From NCBI GenBank assembly GCA_964472315.1, contig CAYYJS010000001.1, forward strand, positions 60,046 to 124,045: 64,000 nucleotides of DNA, read 5' to 3'. The stretch comes from an uncultured Victivallales bacterium (GTDB lineage Bacteria > Verrucomicrobiota > Kiritimatiellia > UBA8416). The position numbers and the translations under genes were made by a program. This document shows, in pieces, positions 1 through 7,232 of the stretch; the stretch's first letter is position 1, and every line of letters starts with the position of its first letter. The notes under the pieces were generated by a model. That model made no database searches. It worked only from the letters and a program-made list of their open reading frames with translations, and was not told the origin of the DNA.

Positions 1-2031
1 AATGGCATACCCTTCAGTGACGCGGCCGCGTTTCGCATCGAACCGGGGGCGGTTCAGCGGGTGCGCCAGGGCGGCCGCCAACCGGTGCGCCGAGCCCCGC
101 GGCAGGCCGGTGTCGGCGTCCAGCGTGATCACGTACTTCACGGACTGTAGAGCCGCCGGATCGCCGACGATGACGCTGAACGCGCCCGCCGCGCCACCGC
201 GCAGCAGCGCGTTGAACTGCTCGAGTTTTCCGCGTTTGCGTTCGTACCCCATCCAAAGCCGTTCATGGGCATTCCAGACGCGCGGGCGATGGAACAGGTG
301 GAAGACGGCGTGCCCATCGGTCCGCGCGTGGCGCGCGTTCAGCGCGTCAATCCCCGCCCGCGCGCGCCGCAACAGGTCGTCGTCGCCGGGCATCGCCTCC
401 GCGTGCGCGTCGGGAAAGTCGGTCAACAGCGCGAAGAACAGATTCCGATCCCGGTTTCCGAGATATCGGATCTCGAGGTCCTGCAACAGGACAGCCAGTG
501 TGTCCGCGTCCGACAGCATGCAGGGGATCGCCACCGCGGTGCGGTGATCCGACGGGATGCCTTCCGAGAAATCGAGCCGGGGCAGGGGACGCGGCGGGAC
601 CGTCAGGGTGACCAGAAAGTTGACTATCGAAACCGACAGGGACGATGCCGCGACCGCCGCGGTCGCGGCGAAAAGCCAGAACCGGAGCGAGACAAGCCCG
701 AAACCGGCGAACCACGGAAAAGCCGTGGCCGTGATGGCGACGGTCGCCGTCAAGATGGCGCCGAGGTAGAGCGTGAGCGCGTAGCGTTGGCACCCCTGAA
801 GGATCCGGTCGCGCGTCGCGCCGCGGCAACCCACCGTGCGTTTCAACGCGGGGAGTCCCGCGTCCACGAGAAAATAGCCCACATGCGCCTTGCGTTCATC
901 GCCTCCGCCTTGCGCGGCCAGGCCGATCGCCGTGCGCGCCACTTCGATTTCGTCTTTCCCGCACCGCTCGGCCAGGTCCTCGACCACATGCCGGTAATGG
1001 TCCCGCGTGGCGAAATCCTGCGCCGTATAGGCGCCGTAGGGATCGCTGCGCAACGCACGATCCACGACGCTCAGCGTCTCGACGAATTCCTTCCAGTCCA
1101 TGGCGACCAGGAATCGCAGGCTGCCGACGCTGTTGGCGATGGAGACCTGTTCCGCCGCCTGCGCGTGACTATCGGCCTGGAGCCGCTGGGCTTCCGTCGT
1201 GTTCTCGTCGACCAACGCCTGTTCAACCCAGTTCAGAACGAACGCGAGCGTGGCGCCGTGGCCGCGCAGTCGGCTGTTGAATTCCTCCAGGAACGGCGCG
1301 GTAAGCTTCCGATCGCGATCGGCAAACTCCGCCAGCAGGCGGATCAACTGCTTCGGCCGTTCCGTCGTGGTCTCGATCATGCGCTCGGCCCAGGCGATGC
1401 CGTCGTCCCGCTCGCGGCGGCGCTTTGCCACGCGGCTCGCGACATGGCGCAAGTTCTCGATCAGGCCGAGGCGCAGGGCGATGGGGAATGCCCACAGCTC
1501 GCCCAGGCGCAGCGGCGTAACCGACTGATAAGCCTGGACGAAACTTGTCACCGTCTCGGCATCCAACCGTCCGTCAAGGTGGGCGATGAGCTCGATGGCC
1601 ATATGATAGACGCGGGGAAAACCGGCCATCGCACCCGCCGTCAGACGCGGCAGCCGGCGGCTGTAGGTTCGCGGTAAATGCAGGCGCGCCTGCTGGATCT
1701 GCTGTTCGATAAGGTAGAAGTTGTCGAGCAACCATTCGGCGGCGGGTGCGATCCGCTGTCCCCTGGCGACGGCGTCGGCTACCACTTCGTACGACTGGCG
1801 CAGCCCACGCTCGTTCTCGGCCAGGCGCGGCAGCAACTTGTCGGCGCCCCCGCGGACCGCGGTCTGGTGCTGTCCGGCTAAGTCACGGGCATACGGCGCG
1901 ATCTGCTGCAGGCTGAGCAGTTCGGACCGCAACGGCTGATCCTCTTCCTCCGCCTGACCGCGATCGGGGCGGCGCGCCGCCCGTATCGAATCGAAAAGTC
2001 GCGTGAAGAACGGCAGGCGAAGCCGGAGCAT
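1..2031 (-). CDS. ndvB: Cyclic beta-1,2-glucan synthase (NdvB/Cgs family), 5' portion; continues beyond the left edge of the window
   Basis: Not in the ORF track because there is no stop in the window. Manual translation from the ATG at 2031 (preceded by GAGGGA) gives MLRLRLPFF...EEEDQPLRSELLSLQQIAPYARDLAGQH. The family motifs WMGYERKRGKLEQFN (about 255-211, frame checked) and VKYVITLDADT (about 142-110) follow. Confidence 0.9.
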   Translation of the reverse strand, partial: MLRLRLPFFTRLFDSIRAARRPDRGQAEEEDQPLRSELLSLQQIAPYARDLAGQHQTAVRGGADKLLPRLAENERGLRQSYEVVADAVARGQRIAPAAEWLLDNFYLIEQQIQQARLHLPRTYSRRLPRLTAGAMAGFPRVYHMAIELIAHLDGRLDAETVTSFVQAYQSVTPLRLGELWAFPIALRLGLIENLRHVASRVAKRRRERDDGIAWAERMIETTTERPKQLIRLLAEFADRDRKLTAPFLEEFNSRLRGHGATLAFVLNWVEQALVDENTTEAQRLQADSHAQAAEQVSIANSVGSLRFLVAMDWKEFVETLSVVDRALRSDPYGAYTAQDFATRDHYRHVVEDLAERCGKDEIEVARTAIGLAAQGGGDERKAHVGYFLVDAGLPALKRTVGCRGATRDRILQGCQRYALTLYLGAILTATVAITATAFPWFAGFGLVSLRFWLFAATAAVAASSLSVSIVNFLVTLTVPPRPLPRLDFSEGIPSDHRTAVAIPCMLSDADTLAVLLQDLEIRYLGNRDRNLFFALLTDFPDAHAEAMPGDDDLLRRARAGIDALNARHARTDGHAVFHLFHRPRVWNAHERLWMGYERKRGKLEQFNALLRGGAAGAFSVIVGDPAALQSVKYVITLDADTGLPRGSAHRLAAALAHPLNRPRFDAKRGRVTEGYAI

Positions 2032-2331
2032 TCCCTCGGCAAGCCGCCCCGATGCAAGGCCTGTCCGCGCCGGTTTGTCCGCTTCGCCGCGGTTCCCGGT
2101 GGATGCCTTCTCGTCGAACTGCCGTTGTGCCATGGATGCCCTCTCCCCGATCGCCCGTCGTTTTATCGCCCTCCATACAGGGGGGGGACGCACAACGAAT
2201 ACCCTAACGACGCGCGAAAGTCTATCCGCCATTGGGTGGGCAGCAGGGCAAACGGAAAACGGAACGTAGACAGCCCGTTTCCGTCCCTGTAGACTAACTG
2301 GCGTGGTCAACCGAGGAAGAAGGAGTTAGCG

Positions 2332-3519
2332 ATGCAGACTCGTAAAATTCGCGAAGGGATTGAGGCGCTTTCCAGCGTTCACTGGGAACGGCGGATGTTC
2401 GACTCGCTTATCCCGTTGCCGGACGGCACCAGTTACAATGCGTATGTCGTTCATGGTTCGAAGGCCGTCGCGCTGATCGACAGTGCCGACCCGGTGTTCC
2501 GTGACGCGCTGCTGGGCGCGACGACAGCGTTGGATCGCGTCGATTTCGTGGTGTCGCAGCACGCGGAACAGGACCACTCGGGTACGATTCCCGACCTGCT
2601 CGAACGCTTCCCGGGCGCCACGCTGCTCTGCAGCGAAAAGGCGCGGGATATGCTGACCGCCCATTTGCATGTCAGCGCGGAACGTATCCGCGTCGTGGCC
2701 GACGGCGAAAGCGTGTCGCTGGGCGACAAGACCTTGACGTTTGTGTATACGCCTTGGGTTCATTGGCCGGAGACCATGTGTACGTTCGTTCCGGAAGCCA
2801 AGTGCCTGTTCTCGTGCGACTTCTTCGGGTCGCATCTGGCCACCACGGACCTGTTCGTCACCGATCAGGCGCGCGTGTACGAAGCGGCCAAGCGGTACTA
2901 CGCGGAGATCATGATGCCGTTCCGCTCGGTGATCGTTAAGAACCTTGCGAGAATCGGAGCGCTCGATTTCGACATGATCGCCCCCAGCCACGGGCCGGTG
3001 TACGATCGGCCCGCCTTTATTCTGGACGCCTACCGGGACTGGGTGTCGCCCCTGGTGAAGAACGAAGTCGTTCTGCCGTACATCAGCATGCATGGAAGCA
3101 CGGAGCGGATGGCCAAGCACCTGATCGACGCACTGGTGGCCAGGGGCGTCACCGTGCACCCGTTCGACCTGGCGGTTACCGATATCGGCAAACTGGCAAT
3201 CAGTCTCGTCGATGCGGCTACCCTGATCGTCGGCACGCCAACGGTCCACATCGGCCCCCACCCGGCGGTATACTACGCTTCGCACCTTGCCAACCTGCTG
3301 CGGCCCAAAGTGAAATATGCGGGCATTATCGGCTCCTACGGATGGAGCAGCAAGGCGATCGAACAGATTACCGGCTTGATTCCGAACCTCAAGGTCGAGG
3401 TGCTGGGCACGGTGCTCCAGAAAGGGTTGCCGACCGACGAAACATGTCGGCAGCTTGACGCGCTGGCGGATGCCGTCGCCGCCGCGCACCGGCGGGACGA
3501 GCTTGTCCGGAAGCCGTGA
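2332..3519 (+). CDS. fprA: Flavodiiron protein (FprA / A-type flavoprotein; O2/NO reductase)
   Basis: GTSYNAY, HAEQDHSG diiron motif, PWVHWPET, SCDFFG, IAPSHG, C-terminal flavodoxin domain (YISMHGST, GSYGWS); AAGGAG RBS. Confidence 0.93.
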   Translation: MQTRKIREGIEALSSVHWERRMFDSLIPLPDGTSYNAYVVHGSKAVALIDSADPVFRDALLGATTALDRVDFVVSQHAEQDHSGTIPDLLERFPGATLLCSEKARDMLTAHLHVSAERIRVVADGESVSLGDKTLTFVYTPWVHWPETMCTFVPEAKCLFSCDFFGSHLATTDLFVTDQARVYEAAKRYYAEIMMPFRSVIVKNLARIGALDFDMIAPSHGPVYDRPAFILDAYRDWVSPLVKNEVVLPYISMHGSTERMAKHLIDALVARGVTVHPFDLAVTDIGKLAISLVDAATLIVGTPTVHIGPHPAVYYASHLANLLRPKVKYAGIIGSYGWSSKAIEQITGLIPNLKVEVLGTVLQKGLPTDETCRQLDALADAVAAAHRRDELVRKP

Positions 3520-3546
3520 CAACCATGTTCCGCCAGATGGCGTGGC

Positions 3547-3573
3547 CTTGGCGTGCTTGGCGTCTTGGCGGTT
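3547..3573. repeat. Triple heptamer CTTGGCG intergenic repeat (CTTGGCG-TG-CTTGGCG-T-CTTGGCG-GTT)
   Basis: Directly visible just downstream of the fprA stop. Confidence 0.6.
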
Positions 3574-3685
3574 TCCAATGCGGTACCGTGGTGAATGCGC
3601 ATGCAGCACCCCGGGCATGGTGCGGTGGCGCTGGTCATCGAGGAGGTATATTCCGGCGCCACGCGTCTGGCGCCGTGAGAAGCGT

Positions 3686-5539
3686 ATGAAAGAACAACAG
3701 TTGCGAGTCACGTTTCAACCCCAAGGCCGTTCGGTATCCGTGATTAGCGGAACGACCATTCTGGAAGCCGCCGCCCGTGCCGGGTTGGTTATCGATACAC
3801 CGTGCGGTGGCGCCGGCACCTGCGGCAAATGTCGCGTGCGCGTGGTGGCGAATGCGGGTCTTCCAACCGATGCCGACGAGAGGGCCTTCTCGGGCCGGGA
3901 ACTGCGGGAGGGCTGGCGGCTGGCGTGTCAGACGCCGATCGAAAGCGAGACGGTCGTCTTTGTCCCGGCGACATCCCTGTTCGGAGGCGCTCCCCAGATC
4001 CTCGCGACGGGGGCGTCCCCGGCCACGAAGGAGGTGCTGCCCGCGATTCGCAAGGTCTATGTGGAGCTTGCCGCGCCCACGCTCGAGGATGACATGCCTG
4101 ACCTGCTGCGGCTGGAACGGAGCGTCGGCCCGCTCAAGGCCGACCTGCCGATGGTGCGACACGTTTCCAGCGCCATGCGCGCGCAGGGGTTCAAAGGCAC
4201 GGCCGTGCTGGCGGAGCATCGATTGATCGACTTCGAACCCGGCGACACGCACGACCGTTGTTTCGGAGTCGCATTCGATATCGGCACCACGACGATGGTC
4301 GGCGAACTGGTCAGCCTGTGTGACGGACGGGACCTTGCCGTGGTGTCCCGCATGAACCCCCAGGTCAGTTTCGGCGACGACGTGCTCTCCCGCATCAAGC
4401 ACACCGCGTCCTGTGCGGGATGTTTGGACGAAATGCGCTCGATCGTTGTGCGCGAGATCGCGAGTATGATCGACGCGCTATGCGCGGGGGCCGGGGTCAG
4501 CCGTGAGAACGTGTACGAGGCGGCATTTGCCGGCAACACGACCATGGAGCACATTTTGTGCGGTATCAATCCGACGCAACTGGGCGAACTGCCGTTCGTT
4601 CCCGCGCATGCCAGGGGACTCCTCGTGCCGGCAGTCGAGTTCGGCATTCCCATCCATCACGGGGCGCTGGCGTACGTGTTCCCCATCATCGGTGGATTCG
4701 TGGGGGGCGACACCACGGCCGGCATGCTGGCAACCCAGATTGACCGCCTTGAGGGTCCCGTGCTGATGGTGGACATCGGCACCAACGGTGAGATCGTCCT
4801 CGCCCACGACACCAACTTCTATGCCGCGTCCACGGCGGCCGGACCCGCTTTCGAAGGCGCCCGGATCGCATGCGGCATGCGGGGCACGCACGGCGCGATC
4901 GAAAAAGTGGTTTTTGACGGAGACGTCCGGATGGAGGTCATCGGCAATACCGCGGCGACCGGCATCTGCGGCAGCGGGTTGATCGACCTGGTCGCGGAGT
5001 TGCTGGACCATGGCATCGTATCCCCGGAAGGGCAACTCCTGTCGAAAGACGAGCTTCCACGAACGTTGCCGCCCGCCTTGGCTGGACGGGTGCAAGAGGA
5101 TGAGGACGGCCAGCCGCGGTTTGTAGTCACCGACGCTACGCCGGGCCGGACGGCACCGCCCGTGTTCCTGACCCAGCGCGACATTCGGGAGGTGCAACTG
5201 GGCAGCGGGGCGATCCGCGCGGGCATCTCCATCCTGTTACGCAAGGCCGGGCTTAAGGTGGCGGACCTGAAGACCGTCCTGATTGCCGGTGGTTTCGGCA
5301 ACTTCATCCGTCGCAGCAGTGCGCAACGCATCGGCCTGCTTCCCGCGGGGATCGACCATCAACGCATCCGCTATGTCGGGAATGCTTCGCTTGCCGGCGC
5401 CAAGGCGTCTTTGCTTTCCACGGAGGCGCGGCGCCGGGGCGAGGAAATGGCGCGGCGCGCCCGGCATGTGGATCTGTCCACGGCGGAAGGATTTCATGAG
5501 GAATTCGCGGACGCCATGCTCTTTCCGTCGGTCCGATGA
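3686..5539 (+). CDS. ASKHA-domain ATPase with N-terminal 2Fe-2S ferredoxin (DUF4445 / RACo-type reductive activator of corrinoid proteins)
   Basis: CGGAGTCGKC...RLACQ 2Fe-2S motif; DIGTTT, NPQVSFGDDVLSRI, FVGGD, DIGTNGE, AAGPAFEG, GICGSG, AGGFG. Start moved from the track's 3455 to ATG 3686 (MKEQQLRVTFQP), where the ferredoxin domain begins. Confidence 0.9.
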   Translation: MKEQQLRVTFQPQGRSVSVISGTTILEAAARAGLVIDTPCGGAGTCGKCRVRVVANAGLPTDADERAFSGRELREGWRLACQTPIESETVVFVPATSLFGGAPQILATGASPATKEVLPAIRKVYVELAAPTLEDDMPDLLRLERSVGPLKADLPMVRHVSSAMRAQGFKGTAVLAEHRLIDFEPGDTHDRCFGVAFDIGTTTMVGELVSLCDGRDLAVVSRMNPQVSFGDDVLSRIKHTASCAGCLDEMRSIVVREIASMIDALCAGAGVSRENVYEAAFAGNTTMEHILCGINPTQLGELPFVPAHARGLLVPAVEFGIPIHHGALAYVFPIIGGFVGGDTTAGMLATQIDRLEGPVLMVDIGTNGEIVLAHDTNFYAASTAAGPAFEGARIACGMRGTHGAIEKVVFDGDVRMEVIGNTAATGICGSGLIDLVAELLDHGIVSPEGQLLSKDELPRTLPPALAGRVQEDEDGQPRFVVTDATPGRTAPPVFLTQRDIREVQLGSGAIRAGISILLRKAGLKVADLKTVLIAGGFGNFIRRSSAQRIGLLPAGIDHQRIRYVGNASLAGAKASLLSTEARRRGEEMARRARHVDLSTAEGFHEEFADAMLFPSVR

Positions 5540-5605
5540 CCTTCGACCGGACGCGAGCAAGGGTCTTAACCGACTCGCCTACGCGAATCCGCCTTCGTCC
5601 TTCGC

Positions 5606-6262
5606 TCAGGGATGTCGGCGGAGGCTGCGTCGCACATCACGCGAGAGTGCAATCAGGACGGCGGGGAGGAACGGTTCCGCTGTCGGTGGAATCGTCAGCT
5701 CCAGGCGTTTCATTTGTCCTGCCAGATAAGGGGTGTCCATCGCATTGCAGCCAGCCTCGAATATGGATTGCAGGTCATCGATATCCTTCGGACGCGGCAT
5801 GCCTGCCGTCAAGGCGTACAGTTTGGCAAGGATGATATCCTCGAGGGTGAGCACAGGCACCGGACCGAACCCGAAATCGACCTTGTTGTCCTGCGCTCGC
5901 GGAACCGCATCGCGCGCCCACGGCAGCGATGGCAGCAGAATATCCACGCCCGATGCATGCGATTTGTCCGCTGCCCGCCCGACAACCATGCAGGGCGTCG
6001 TATTCTGCCGACGAATGGCAAATAGCGGACCCCCGGCAAGATCCGCCTTGCGTGCGATTCCGGTCGCAAGACCGATCGCCTCCAGAACGGCAACTGCCGT
6101 CTTAACGCTTTCCGATCCCGTCAGGATGACGAGGTCGACATCCATGGTCAGTCGGGATTCCTTTCTGTACAAGGACGCCGCCAGCCCGCCTGCAACGGCA
6201 TATGGCACATGGCGGGTATCGAGTTCGTGTGTTGCCGCTTTGAAAAGGGACTCAAGCGACAT
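5606..6262 (-). CDS. Nucleotidyltransferase (AbiEii-like / pol-beta superfamily), putative toxin
   Basis: YAVAGGLA...R.TMDVDLVI nucleotidyltransferase signature; C-terminal LEDIILAKL..AG.PRPKDIDDL. Confidence 0.75.
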   Translation of the reverse strand: MSLESLFKAATHELDTRHVPYAVAGGLAASLYRKESRLTMDVDLVILTGSESVKTAVAVLEAIGLATGIARKADLAGGPLFAIRRQNTTPCMVVGRAADKSHASGVDILLPSLPWARDAVPRAQDNKVDFGFGPVPVLTLEDIILAKLYALTAGMPRPKDIDDLQSIFEAGCNAMDTPYLAGQMKRLELTIPPTAEPFLPAVLIALSRDVRRSLRRHP

Positions 6263-6632
6263 CGCGAGACTCCCTTGCCCGGTCCAGCATACTGCCGGCC
6301 TCCCGGATAAAAGGCAGAATACGGGCCGCCCGCCGGCCCAGCATTCGGCAACGGCTTGCGGTCACGGCGCGGGAGGCCGCCGTAAAAACCGCATCAAGCA
6401 ACTCGGCATCGGGATGTGCGCGGTTCAAGGCGTAACGGGGGCCGGCGGTATACGCCGTGCGATTCACCAGTTTCTCCTTCACCAGTGCGTTGAGCGCCAG
6501 TTCGGCCGAATGCGGCAGCACACCCGCAATCCTTGCCAGCGGTCGTAGGCCGGCTGGTGCGGGCTGATACATCAACGCGCGCAGGATTTCGGTGCGGGCC
6601 GCCGAAGACAACAATATTCCCAAGTTGGTCAT
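6252..6632 (-). CDS. Winged helix-turn-helix protein, putative antitoxin/regulator coupled to the nucleotidyltransferase
   Basis: LLSSAARTEILRAL...GLRPLARIAGV.PHSAELALNALVKEKLV...YALNRAHP wHTH pattern; overlaps the NTase start by 11 bp. Confidence 0.7.
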   Translation of the reverse strand: MTNLGILLSSAARTEILRALMYQPAPAGLRPLARIAGVLPHSAELALNALVKEKLVNRTAYTAGPRYALNRAHPDAELLDAVFTAASRAVTASRCRMLGRRAARILPFIREAGSMLDRARESRDVA

Positions 6633-6639
6633 ATGCTGT

Positions 6640-6668
6640 ATAATCATTTAGACAAAAGTGGATGTCAA
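6640..6668 (-). promoter_or_regulatory. Putative sigma70 promoter, possibly leaderless, for the wHTH-NTase pair
   Basis: Minus strand reads TTGACA-17 bp-GATTAT, then 7 nt to the ATG at 6632; no SD sequence. Confidence 0.45.
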
Positions 6669-6785
6669 CCCGTATTGCTGACGGGTCTCTGGACTACAAA
6701 CGGGGAGGGGATCGGTGGACGAGAGCGGCGGCGAGAGCGGTGGACGAGATGATGGATTCCCAATAGTGGCCCGCTCTCGTCACGG

Positions 6786-7100
6786 TCATGCTGCGACCGT
6801 TTGCTGGTATAGATACTTCTGAAAACCGGAGAAGGCTTTGTTGATCTCTTCGGGACGGCCACCGAGGTCCGCTACTGCATCCGCAAGGGAGTTGTGATAC
6901 TTGAGCAGCAGCAGCGGAGTGAGTTTCTCCTGATCGAGTTCTTCCACGCCGACCGTGATGTAGTGCTGGAGGACGAAATCGAGGAAGAGTTGCTGCTTGG
7001 CATTGAACCGGGTGTTGATGTGGACCCGTGCATGCGCGGCGCGGACTTCTCGGGTGACCGGTGGCATGGCGTAGGCGACGTGGGCCAGCACGTCGAACAG
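6786..7100 (-). pseudogene. hsdR: C-terminal remnant of a type I restriction endonuclease R subunit (EcoEI/EcoAI-type C-terminal domain)
   Basis: LFDVLAHVAYAMPPVTREVRA...KQQLFLDFVLQHYITVGVEELDQEKLTPLL..KY..SLADAVADLG...FSGFQKYLY resembles the HsdR C-terminus. The nuclease and helicase domains are absent, and similarity ends at the promoter region of the next operon. Confidence 0.75.
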
Positions 7101-7136
7101 GCCTTCACGAAGTCGTTTAGGAACACTCTCGACCGC

Positions 7137-7165
7137 TTGTCAATCGCCACCGCGTGTTCTACTCT
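7137..7165 (+). promoter_or_regulatory. Putative sigma70 promoter of the transporter operon
   Basis: TTGTCA (7137-7142), 17-bp spacer, TACTCT (7160-7165), about 70 bp upstream of ATG 7233. Confidence 0.55.
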
Positions 7166-7232
7166 AACCGCCTGATAAGCGCGTGAAGATGCAGCCGCCC
7201 CCCCCCGTGAGGCAGCGAAGGAACAGAACCGC

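Noticed and set aside
265-1677. 470-aa plus-strand ORF (also 2..547)
   Set aside because: Antisense shadow of the minus-strand cyclic glucan synthase, which carries the real family motifs.
3455-3685. N-terminal extension of the ASKHA ORF given by the track
   Set aside because: It overlaps the fprA end and an intergenic repeat; the ferredoxin domain begins at ATG 3686.
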